Virus record (IMG/VR): IMGVR_UViG_3300021560_000039
Coordinates: 1 to 37,485 of that record
Length of the DNA stretch: 37,485 bases
Source of the DNA: a virus
Lineage: Duplodnaviria; Caudoviricetes
Strand: one strand, 5' to 3'
The notes beneath the pieces were generated by a model. The model worked only from the letters and a program-made list of their open reading frames with translations. It did no database searches and had not been told where the DNA came from. The position numbers and the translations under genes are program-made. Positions 1 to 7,827 of the stretch are shown piece by piece (within the stretch, counting starts at the first letter, position 1; the number at the start of each line of letters is the position of its first letter).

Positions 1-123
1 GTGAGGGGGTGACTTCGGATGACGCGGTGACCGGGTGACCGGGTGAGGGGGTGACTTCGGATGACGCGGTGACCGGGTGACCGGGTGAGGGGGTGACTTC
101 GGATGACGCGGTGACCGGGTGAC
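1..123. repeat. 42-bp tandem repeat (GTGAGGGGGTGACTTCGGATGACGCGGTGACCGGGTGACCGG), about 3 units; positions 1-114 identical to 37372-37485
   Basis: Direct comparison of both window ends; consistent with circular overlap or an assembly break within a tandem array. Confidence 0.92.
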
Positions 124-250
124 GAGGTGAGCAGGCCATCCGATCCGACCCGAGTCGCCGGGTGAGCAGGCCATCCGATCCGATCCGAGTCGCCGGGTCA
201 CCGGGTCACCGGGTCACCGGGTCATCTTACAAGGGTGAGGGGGTGACGAG

Positions 251-550
251 GTGAGCAGGCCATCCGATCCGACCCGAGTCGCCGCGTCTCCGACCCGAGT
301 CGCCGCGTCATCTTACAAGATCGAGGACTGCCCGACCGACGGCCTGGGCGAGCGGGAGCGGGCGGCGATCCGCCGGGCCGTCGCGGCGGGCGCGGTCCGG
401 CTCTCCGACCTGACCGTCCGCCGGCTGACGGTGCTGCCCGGCTGCGGGCCGCCGACGGCCTACCGGGTCCTGGCCTGGGCGTTGACCCTGGAGCTGACGG
501 GCCTCTCCGATTCCGATGACAAGGTGACATGTAACCTACCCCATCCCTAA
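251..550 (+). CDS. Small protein with a helix-hairpin-helix-like motif; 3' end runs into the IS200/IS605-type element
   Basis: LTVLPGCGPPTAYRVL resembles an HhH motif; GC3-rich codons at 320-510; stop codon lies within the element end. Confidence 0.45.
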   Translation: MSRPSDPTRVAASPTRVAASSYKIEDCPTDGLGERERAAIRRAVAAGAVRLSDLTVRRLTVLPGCGPPTAYRVLAWALTLELTGLSDSDDKVTCNLPHP

Positions 551-800
551 AGGGAGGGGCTTTCCGGATCGACGTTTGGAGTACCGACATCCATGCCGGC
601 CGCCGTCCAGTCCAGGCCGGGTTACCGCGATCCGTCTTGCGGCCTGCGCCCAGCCTTTCGGCCGGGCTGGCTTGGAGGTCAAGCCGGGGCTCCCGCGGGA
701 GTGCCTAAGACCTCCTCGCCGTCGTCCTGTAGGCCGGCCTTTTACGGTGGGCCTATCCCACCAACGGGGCATCCGCCTTGCCCAAGGCCGGTTCCAACAA
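530..800 (-). ncRNA. Putative omega/reRNA-like structured RNA
   Basis: Nested stems on the minus strand (CCGGCCTT/AAGGCCGG, GGGCA/TGCCC, GGTGGG/CCCACC, GGAGGTC/GACCTCC, a GAAA tetraloop hairpin) downstream of TTGACA at 834-829. Confidence 0.45.
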
Positions 801-887
801 ATAATAGTGTCTGAGATTTCATCATTCATGTCAATAGGGGCGCGGCTCCTCCCCAAGGCTGAAGCCGGGGGCGTCCGCCGCGGCAAC
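530..887 (-). mobile_element. Non-autonomous IS200/IS605-family derivative (no tnpA or tnpB) enclosing a structured RNA-like segment
   Basis: Minus-strand end AAAGCCCCTCCCTTTAGGGATGGGGTAGGTTACA (tnpB-type right-end hairpin) and GCCCCCGGCTTCAGCCTTGGGGAGGAG (left-end-type hairpin, about 846-872); lower GC interior; boundaries approximate. Confidence 0.7.
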
Positions 888-988
888 TTCGGTGACAAGG
901 ATGACAAGGTCTGACCACCGCGGCCGCGAAGCGGACCCCCACGGCCGGGGGAGGCGGGCGGCCCGCATCGGGGCCGGCCGCGGACGAC

Positions 989-1523
989 GGGAATGGTGTG
1001 TCCACCATGACACCATTTCGCGGCCCCCGGGGGTTCGATCGGGCGACGGGGGACGACGGGCGGACGAGACGAGACGAGACGAGGGGGACGAGACCGATGG
1101 CGATCCGGACAAGGACAACAACCATGAATACCTATGACCTGATCATGGCGGCGCTGGAGGCGAAATCGGCGTACGACCAGGCGGTGGGGGCGGCGCAGGC
1201 GGCGGCCGCGGCGCTGTCGCAGGCGCAATCGGTGCTGGCGGCGGCGAACCAGGCCCTGCACGACGACCTCGCCGCCAACGGGCCGGCCGTCATCGTCGAC
1301 GAGACGTCCACGCCGCCGGCCGTCACGCTCTACGCGGCGGTGGACCCGGACACGTATTCCGCCACGCCGTTGCGCGTGGCCTGAGCGGCGGCCGGGGGCG
1401 GCGGGCGGGCGGGGACGCGAGGCCGGGAATGGTGGATACACCATAACACCATTCCCCGGCGGGCGGCGGGCGGGCGGGGACGCGAGGCCGGGAATGGTGC
1501 ATACACCATTCGACACCATTCCC
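989..1523. repeat. Three copies of a palindromic GGGAATGGTG..CACCAT..CACCATT(C/T) motif (989-1018, 1425-1456, 1490-1523); the last two lie in a ~65-bp tandem duplication
   Basis: Read directly from the sequence. Confidence 0.85.
1124..1384 (+). CDS. Hypothetical Ala-rich helical protein (86 aa)
   Basis: ATG after an AAGGA RBS-like motif; typical codon usage. Confidence 0.75.
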   Translation: MNTYDLIMAALEAKSAYDQAVGAAQAAAAALSQAQSVLAAANQALHDDLAANGPAVIVDETSTPPAVTLYAAVDPDTYSATPLRVA

Positions 1524-1557
1524 GGGCGGCGGGCGGGCGAGGAAGGAGGGATGACGA

Positions 1558-2394
1558 GTGGCCGGGGCGATGGGCATGGAAATCCATGAGGTCTGCCGGC
1601 TCTTCCCCATGATGGGCCTGGACGGACTCAAGGCCCTGGCCGAGGACATCCGCGCGCACGGCCTCATCGAGCCCATCTGGACGCACGAGGGCAAGATCAT
1701 CGACGGGCGGCATCGACATGCCATCTGCCTCGAGTTGGGCATCACGCCGCGGTTCGTCGAGTGGTCCGGCCAGTGCGGTTCCATCGTCGATTTCGTCGTC
1801 TCGCAGAACCTCCATCGTCGCCACCTGGATGCCACGCAACGGGCCTGCGCCGCGGTCGAGGCGAAGCTATTGCGAACGGATGAGATCCGGAGACAGGCCG
1901 AGCCGAAGAAGAGCGATAGTGGAAAGTTGGGAGGTCGCGGGAGGATAAAGCGAGTTGTCAATAATGGCAAATCGCTTTCCGGTACTCGCGACGCCCGAAA
2001 AGAAGTCGCCGAATCCTTCGGCGTGAGCAACGGCTACGTGGCATCGGCCGAACAGATCCAGCAACGATCGCCCGAGACGTTCGAGGCGATGAAGGCGGGC
2101 CGGATCAAGATGCCGGCGGCCCGCAAGAAGGTCGGACTGGCATCGGACGGGAAGTCCAGGCATGAGGCGGAGGGAGGAGGGACGAAGGGCCCGGCCGTCC
2201 ATCTCTGGGATGAATTGCTGCAGGATACCGGCATCATCGCCAGCGGGATCCAGCGCCACGGGATCGAGCAGATCTGCCGACGATGGTCCCTGGATCAATT
2301 GCGGAACGGCGCGGAAGTGGCCGTCGAAATCATCGGGATCATGGAGGCCATCCGAGACACCTTCGGGAGGCTCATCGATGAAAGGGGTGGATAG
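1558..2394 (+). CDS. ParB/Spo0J-like N-terminal domain protein
   Basis: LAEDIRAHGLIEPI..IIDGRHR..NLHRRHL motifs followed by an HTH-like segment (VAESFGVS); true start may be 1576. Confidence 0.85.
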   Translation: MAGAMGMEIHEVCRLFPMMGLDGLKALAEDIRAHGLIEPIWTHEGKIIDGRHRHAICLELGITPRFVEWSGQCGSIVDFVVSQNLHRRHLDATQRACAAVEAKLLRTDEIRRQAEPKKSDSGKLGGRGRIKRVVNNGKSLSGTRDARKEVAESFGVSNGYVASAEQIQQRSPETFEAMKAGRIKMPAARKKVGLASDGKSRHEAEGGGTKGPAVHLWDELLQDTGIIASGIQRHGIEQICRRWSLDQLRNGAEVAVEIIGIMEAIRDTFGRLIDERGG

Positions 2395-2878
2395 CGCCAA
2401 GGCGGCGGCGATCGAGCATCGCATGGCGGGATTGCACCGCGACTGGACGACGGACGACGTCGTGCGAATCTGGATCGATGAGGATGTGTGCCATGCAGCG
2501 ATCTATGATGTTGTCGCCCGACTCTACGTTGATTGGTCGGGCCACATCAATCGCAAGTGTCGCCGGGAGGGCGATTATCGCCAGCAGAAGCTCAACCTCA
2601 AGCAGATCATGCCGGACGGCACCATCCGGAGATACTGGGTGCTCCTGGAGCGCGCGACGGCACAGGAATGCGCCGACGTCTCGAACGAGGAATTCAAGCA
2701 GCGGAAACGGCATGACCGCAAGATGAAGGACTTCATCGACGATTGCACGCCGCGTTTCGGCCGCGAGTACCGGCGCCGACTCGCCTTCAATCCGGATGAC
2801 ATCCAATGGATCCCCGACGAGGAAGGGCCGGATGATGACGACCAGGAAGGCGATCCCGGGGGAGTGCCGCGCCCATGA
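2378..2878 (+). CDS. Hypothetical protein, coupled to the ParB-like gene
   Basis: Overlapping start; same lower-GC composition as the upstream gene; acidic C-terminus. Confidence 0.7.
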   Translation: MKGVDSAKAAAIEHRMAGLHRDWTTDDVVRIWIDEDVCHAAIYDVVARLYVDWSGHINRKCRREGDYRQQKLNLKQIMPDGTIRRYWVLLERATAQECADVSNEEFKQRKRHDRKMKDFIDDCTPRFGREYRRRLAFNPDDIQWIPDEEGPDDDDQEGDPGGVPRP

Positions 2879-3108
2879 TCGATTACGTCGCCTATCTCCG
2901 TTCGCCCGAGTGGGCCGCCCGCAAGGCCGCGGCCCTCCGGCGGGCCGACGACAGGTGTCAGGTGTGCTACGCGGACCGCTGGTTCAGCCGGCTGGAGGTC
3001 CACCACAGGACGTATGAGAGGATCGGCCACGAGGCGCCGGCCGACCTGACCGTCCTTTGCGCGCACTGTCACGACCTCTTCCACCGGCACCGGAAGTTGT
3101 GCGGATGA
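2875..3108 (+). CDS. HNH endonuclease
   Basis: YLRSPEW..CQVC..LEVHH..LTVLCAHCHDLFH. Confidence 0.9.
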   Translation: MIDYVAYLRSPEWAARKAAALRRADDRCQVCYADRWFSRLEVHHRTYERIGHEAPADLTVLCAHCHDLFHRHRKLCG

Positions 3109-3145
3109 CCCCGAGGCGACGCGCCAACGAGGACAGGACGGGCCC

Positions 3146-4231
3146 GTGATCCCCTGGATCAAGCTGCATACCGAGCTGCTGACCGACCCGCAATGGTTGT
3201 CGCTGCCCGAGGTGCATCAATGCCGGTGGATCAAGCTACTCCTGCTGCGGGGCTATGGCGAGCTGGCCAAGCTGAGCCCGGCGGAGATCGCGTTGGGCCT
3301 GCGCATCTCGTTGCGGCAACTGGAGGTTACGAAAGGCGCCCTGATGGATCGCGGCTGGATCGATGATGCCTGGAATATCCGCACCTGGGAGGCGCGCCAG
3401 CAGTCGGGCGACCGGACCGCCGCCGAGCGGATGCGTCGCCATCGCCGTCACGTTGCGCGTAACGGTGCCGTGACGTCACGCGCAACGGCCGATCGCGTTA
3501 CGCCGAACGCGGGCGAACCGTTACATCCTCGCGCCCGCGAGAGCAGAGAAGAGGAGAGTAGAGGAGAGGAGATCAGGGCGCGCGCGCGCGCCGTAACGTT
3601 CGCCGTAACGGACCCGCCCGCCGGACCGGACCCGCCCGACCCGCCGGAGGCCCCCGCCCTCGACCCCGAGCTGGCCCGGCTGGCCCGGCTGGCCGGCGAC
3701 GGCCCCGGCGGGGCCGAGCTTGCCAACTGGGTGCTGGAGCGGGGCGAGCAAGGCCATGCGCCCGACCGGATCGCCGCGACGCTCTCGACGCTCGACCGAC
3801 GCGGGGCGTGGCGTCGCGGGCTGGCGGACACCATCCTCGCCGATCCCGCCACGGGCCGGGCGGGCCGGGGGGCCGGGCCGAGGCGCGACGGCACGGCCGC
3901 GCCTTTGCTCGCGCCCGCCGGCCCGCCCCGCCCCGGCCGGATCCCCGATGGGCCGGCGGGCGACCCGATCCGCGAGACGTGGGAGGCCCTGGGCGACGCC
4001 GGCGACCGCGACGCCGCCGAGGCCGCATCGAGGGGATGCCCCTACTGCGGCGGCGAGGGCTGGGCCCCGCTGGTGCCGAGGTCCCGGGGCCGCTCAGCTA
4101 CGACCACGAAAGCCTATTGCCTCTGCCCGGCCGGCCAGTGGATGCGGGATCGGGCCCCCGCCGACCTGATCCGCCGGATGCCCGACCTGGCGGAGGTGCT
4201 CGAAGGCAAGACGACCTGGATGATGGGATGA
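3146..4231 (+). CDS. Phage replication initiator / replisome organiser-like protein
   Basis: N-terminal WIKLH..D..W..L winged-helix type start, AAERMRRHR linker, internal iteron-like repeats, C-terminal CPYC..CLC Zn motif. Confidence 0.7.
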   Translation: MIPWIKLHTELLTDPQWLSLPEVHQCRWIKLLLLRGYGELAKLSPAEIALGLRISLRQLEVTKGALMDRGWIDDAWNIRTWEARQQSGDRTAAERMRRHRRHVARNGAVTSRATADRVTPNAGEPLHPRARESREEESRGEEIRARARAVTFAVTDPPAGPDPPDPPEAPALDPELARLARLAGDGPGGAELANWVLERGEQGHAPDRIAATLSTLDRRGAWRRGLADTILADPATGRAGRGAGPRRDGTAAPLLAPAGPPRPGRIPDGPAGDPIRETWEALGDAGDRDAAEAASRGCPYCGGEGWAPLVPRSRGRSATTTKAYCLCPAGQWMRDRAPADLIRRMPDLAEVLEGKTTWMMG

Positions 4232-4326
4232 CCCGGCGACCCGGTGACCGGGTGACCCCCGCACGGGCCACCGACCGGCGACCACCGACCACCGACCACC
4301 GACCACCGCGAGCGGAGCGAGCCCCG

Positions 4327-4599
4327 ATGCGACAGACGACGCTGGTGATCGGGCCCGAGCGGGTCAAGGACCTGGTCGACCGCGCCATCGCGCGATTCGC
4401 GGACCCGCCGGGGACGCCCTGCCAGGGGGCCCTGCACGGCGCGATCCGGGCCGCCCGCGATGAGGGCGAGGTGGAGCTGGCCGCGGCCCTGGTCCTGGTC
4501 CATGCCGCGCGCGGGGAGGGCCCCGAGGCCGTGCATGAGGCCCTGGCGCTGCTGCTGGCGCGGCAGATCGAGGCCATCCCCGACGCCCGGAGGTGCTGA
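4327..4599 (+). CDS. Hypothetical protein
   Basis: ATG after GGAG; tightly packed with the next gene. Confidence 0.65.
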   Translation: MRQTTLVIGPERVKDLVDRAIARFADPPGTPCQGALHGAIRAARDEGEVELAAALVLVHAARGEGPEAVHEALALLLARQIEAIPDARRC

Positions 4600-4600
4600 G

Positions 4601-4807
4601 ATGCTGGTGCTGACGCGATGCGAACAGGAGCGGATCGTGATCGACGGCGGCCGGATCGTGGTCACCTTCATCCGCGCCACGATCGGCCCCGACGGCCGGA
4701 CGCGGGCCCGGCTGGGGTTCGAGGCCGCGCCGGGGTGCCGGATCGACCGCGAGGAGGTGCACAAGGCCCGCCTCGCCGGGGCGTCGACCGAGGAGGGGGG
4801 GGGCTGA
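4601..4807 (+). CDS. csrA: Carbon storage regulator CsrA/RsmA-family protein
   Basis: MLVLTR..ERIVI..RLGFEA...IDREEV matches the CsrA consensus MLVLTRK.GE.I.I..VRLGIEAP..V.I.REE. Confidence 0.85.
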   Translation: MLVLTRCEQERIVIDGGRIVVTFIRATIGPDGRTRARLGFEAAPGCRIDREEVHKARLAGASTEEGGG

Positions 4808-4808
4808 C

Positions 4809-5024
4809 GTGGACATCTACTGCATCCGCTCGCTGCCCGACGCCCCCCATGTGCTCGTGACGCGGCACGAGTCGGCCTCCGGCGTCGACCCGGCGGCCGC
4901 CGAGGTCGTGGGATTCTTCGCCTCCCTCGCCCTGGCCCGCGACGTCATCCGCGAGGCGTTCGAGCTCGGCGTCCGGATCCGGCCCGGGGCGAACCCCGGG
5001 CGCGTCCTCGAGGTGTGGTTCTAG
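4809..5024 (+). CDS. Hypothetical protein
   Basis: GTG start right after csrA; typical codon usage. Confidence 0.6.
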   Translation: MDIYCIRSLPDAPHVLVTRHESASGVDPAAAEVVGFFASLALARDVIREAFELGVRIRPGANPGRVLEVWF

Positions 5025-5039
5025 CCCCGGGAGGGGAGG

Positions 5040-5240
5040 ATGGACGGCTGGACGCTCGACCGATTTCATCAATTGGTGGCACATATGCGGACGGCGCAAA
5101 AGCGTTATTTCGCGGCCCGCCGCAAGGCGCCCGAGCACGAGTACCGGGCGCGGCTGGCGGAGTCGTTCGACCTGGAGCGGCGGGTCGACGCGGCGATCGA
5201 CGAGATCGCGCGGCGGACGCCGCTGTTCCCCGACGACTGA
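5040..5240 (+). CDS. Hypothetical small phage protein
   Basis: GGAGG RBS; MRTAQKRYFAAR..LERRVD helical protein. Confidence 0.75.
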   Translation: MDGWTLDRFHQLVAHMRTAQKRYFAARRKAPEHEYRARLAESFDLERRVDAAIDEIARRTPLFPDD

Positions 5241-5284
5241 CCACCGACCACCGACCACCGACCGCCGCGGGCCGCAGTCGCGGC

Positions 5285-5313
5285 TTGACCGCCGGATGAC
5301 ATGACACTACGAT
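5285..5313 (+). promoter_or_regulatory. Sigma70-type promoter upstream of the integrase operon
   Basis: TTGACC-17 bp-TACGAT, with GACATGAC motifs in the spacer and just downstream. Confidence 0.65.
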
Positions 5314-5453
5314 GGGAGGGACATGACCGATGCGTCGGCGCCCGAGTAGACCCCGAACACGGCCGCCGGGGGGAGAGACGATCTATGTAGATCGCCCCTG
5401 GCCGACGCCCGAGAACCTCGCCGCATTGCGGCGACTGCTGGAGTCCGTATCCC

Positions 5454-7172
5454 ATGGCACGGAAGACGACCCCGACCGCGAAGGGACTGGCCGCGACCTA
5501 CAGCCGGGTGAGCGACCCCAACGATCGCAAGGAAGCCAGCCTGGAGACCCAGGAGGCGGCGCAGGTCGCACTGCTCGAGTCCCGCGGGTACGTCGTCCCG
5601 CCGGAGTACCGATTCCGCGAGAAGTTCACGGGGATGGAATCGATCTACGATCGGCCCGTCCTGGGCCGGCTGCGCGACCTGATCGAGGCCGGCACGATCC
5701 GGGCGATGGCGTCGTATGACACGGATCGGCTGGCGCGCGACTCCCGGCACCTCATCACCGTGGTCGCCGAGAACGAGAAGTGCGGGGCCGAGACCCTGTT
5801 CGTGAAGTGCGACCACGCGGCGAAGGGACGCATCGGCGAATTGATCCTGTACATGAAGGGATTTGCATCGGCCCTGGAATGGGATGCCATCCTCGACCGG
5901 ACGACGCGCGGCCGGCAGCGGATCCTCGACCGGGGGCAATTCGTGGGGGGTGGCGTGGTCAAGTATGGATACGTCTGGTGCAAGGAGGAGCGGCGGCGCA
6001 CGGCCAATCCCGAGACCGCGGGGCACGTCCGGCGGATCTTCGCCGCCGTCGCCGATGGCATGAGCCTCCAGGCGCTGGCCGCGGCGCTCGATCGCGAGGG
6101 CATCCCGACCCCCTATGCCTATGCCGGCCGGGCCGGCGCCGACTCGGCCTGGTGGCCGACGTGCCTCCGCCGGCTGATACGCGACCGGACCTACCTGGGC
6201 ATCGCGACCTCCGGCAAGGATGAGCCCTCGCCGCGCGGGGGGCGGACCGCGGGCGGCCGCGCCCGCCGCCGGCCCCGGCCCGAATCCGAGCGCACCGTCC
6301 TGGCGGACGGCCGGACCGAGGCGCTCGTCGACCGCGAGACCTTCGACCGTGCCAACCGGGCCATGGCGGCCGGGAATACCCGCCGCGGCAAGCCGGCGGT
6401 CGAGGAGCGGCACCTGCTCTCGGGGGTCGTGTATTGCGGGGCCTGCGGCGCGCGGATGACGCCCACGTCCTTCCTGGACCGCCGGCCCGGCGCGACGCAC
6501 AAGCGACGACGGAGTTACCGCTGCTTCAGCTATCGGCTCAAGGACGCCCCGCGCTGCAATCGGGTCTGCGGCGCGGACAAGCTGGAGGCGGCGGCCTGGG
6601 CCGAGATCCGAGTAAAGGTGCTGGAACCGGGCTGGCTGGAGCGTGAGGCGGCCCGGGTCGCCGCCGACGACGGGGCCGATCGCTACCGGGCCGACCTGGC
6701 CGCGGCCGAGGCCCGGCGGGCGCGGATCGGCGAAGACGTCCGCAGGCTGCTGGACGCGCAATTGGCGAACACGTCGAGGCTCATGGGCGAGGCCCTGGAG
6801 GATAAGCTCCGGACGCTCGACGCGCAGGCAGAGGACCTGGACCGGCACGTCGAGGACCTGCGCGGCCGGATCGCCGCGGCCGGCGGCCGGGGCCGGCTGA
6901 TCGAGGGCTTCATGGCGGCCGTCGGCCGGGTCCGCGACCTGGCCCGCGAGGGCCGGCTGGACGCGGCGCAGCGACGGATGATCGTCGACCTGCTGGGGGC
7001 CCGGGTGATCGCGCCGGCGACGCCCGGCGACCGGGTGAGGGTGGAATTGCCGTTCGACACGCGTAGTGCCACTCGGGCGCATTCGTCGTGTCGCATGTCC
7101 CCGAGTGGCACAACACGAGACGGCGTCATCGTGCTGGAGTCGCAGGCGGAGGCCTCGATGGCGGCGGTCTGA
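5454..7172 (+). CDS. Large serine recombinase (integrase)
   Basis: YSRVS catalytic motif, DRLARD, recombinase domain, Zn ribbon LLSGVVYCGACG..YRC..C, coiled coil. Confidence 0.96.
   Translation: MARKTTPTAKGLAATYSRVSDPNDRKEASLETQEAAQVALLESRGYVVPPEYRFREKFTGMESIYDRPVLGRLRDLIEAGTIRAMASYDTDRLARDSRHLITVVAENEKCGAETLFVKCDHAAKGRIGELILYMKGFASALEWDAILDRTTRGRQRILDRGQFVGGGVVKYGYVWCKEERRRTANPETAGHVRRIFAAVADGMSLQALAAALDREGIPTPYAYAGRAGADSAWWPTCLRRLIRDRTYLGIATSGKDEPSPRGGRTAGGRARRRPRPESERTVLADGRTEALVDRETFDRANRAMAAGNTRRGKPAVEERHLLSGVVYCGACGARMTPTSFLDRRPGATHKRRRSYRCFSYRLKDAPRCNRVCGADKLEAAAWAEIRVKVLEPGWLEREAARVAADDGADRYRADLAAAEARRARIGEDVRRLLDAQLANTSRLMGEALEDKLRTLDAQAEDLDRHVEDLRGRIAAAGGRGRLIEGFMAAVGRVRDLAREGRLDAAQRRMIVDLLGARVIAPATPGDRVRVELPFDTRSATRAHSSCRMSPSGTTRDGVIVLESQAEASMAAV
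7060..7117. other. Candidate attP site inside the 3' end of the integrase gene
   Basis: Perfect 12-bp arms GTGCCACTCGGG (7066-7077) and CCCGAGTGGCAC (7100-7111), extra inner and outer symmetry, central GT dinucleotide at 7088-7089. Confidence 0.65.
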
Positions 7173-7224
7173 GGTGCGAGATTCCCGAGGGATTTCGACG
7201 GATTCAACTTCCGGAGGGGCACGG

Positions 7225-7488
7225 ATGAGCGAGCGACGGAACGGGTCGGACGTGGGCGGACAACTCGACGACATGACCGAGCCCGAGCTGCGCCGGATCA
7301 TGACCGCGGTCGCCCGCGCCGTCGAGGCGCAATTGCCCCGGGGCGTCGGATTCGTCGTCCTGGCCGCCGACTTCGGGGCCGACCCGGGGACGGCGCAATA
7401 CGTCGCGAATGCGTCTCGCCAGGACTGCATCCGATGGCTGCGCGAGACCGCCGATCGCCTGGAGGCGCGGGACGACGTGCCCCGATAG
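7225..7488 (+). CDS. Hypothetical phage protein
   Basis: GGAGG RBS; GFVVLAADFG..QYVANA.R.D motif. Confidence 0.75.
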   Translation: MSERRNGSDVGGQLDDMTEPELRRIMTAVARAVEAQLPRGVGFVVLAADFGADPGTAQYVANASRQDCIRWLRETADRLEARDDVPR

Positions 7489-7561
7489 CTGGCGATCCCT
7501 CTCCACCGACCACCGACCACCGACCACCGACCGCGACCGACCGGAGGGAGGGCCGATCCCG

Positions 7562-7789
7562 ATGCGACTGACGATCGAATCCACGCCCACCATCACGGAG
7601 ATCGATGGGGTGCCATGCAGGCTCTGGCGGGGCACGACCGAGGGCGGCCGGCCGGTCGACGTGTATGTCCACCGGATCGGCTCGGCCGACCCCCGGGCCC
7701 AGGAGGAGCTGGACCGCCGGCTCGTCGAGATGCCCGCGGTCCCGCGGGAGCTGGCGGACATCGAGCGGGAGCGGCTGCACTCGAATTGA
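7562..7789 (+). CDS. Hypothetical protein (full-length copy; truncated paralog at 9421-9597)
   Basis: GGAGG upstream; reading frame conserved in the duplicate. Confidence 0.75.
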   Translation: MRLTIESTPTITEIDGVPCRLWRGTTEGGRPVDVYVHRIGSADPRAQEELDRRLVEMPAVPRELADIERERLHSN

Positions 7790-7827
7790 CAAGGTGACCG
7801 AGTGACAAGGTGAAAAGGTGATGATCC

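Noticed and set aside
1-126. Terminal 42-bp repeats or the methyltransferase 42-bp repeats as CRISPR arrays
   Set aside because: Head-to-tail tandem units with no unique spacers.
530-887. Reading the element as a plus-strand HEARO/IscB omega RNA
   Set aside because: The promoter box and GNRA loop favour minus-strand transcription and no iscB follows; not fully excluded without a covariance model search.
2875-3108. HNH protein as an IscB or Cas effector for the RNA modules
   Set aside because: Only 77 aa with no RuvC or bridge helix; an ordinary stand-alone phage HNH.
5330-5719. ORF upstream of and overlapping the integrase as a recombination directionality factor
   Set aside because: The first 40 codons look plausible, but the ORF overlaps the integrase by about 265 bp and has no recognisable motif; left uncalled.
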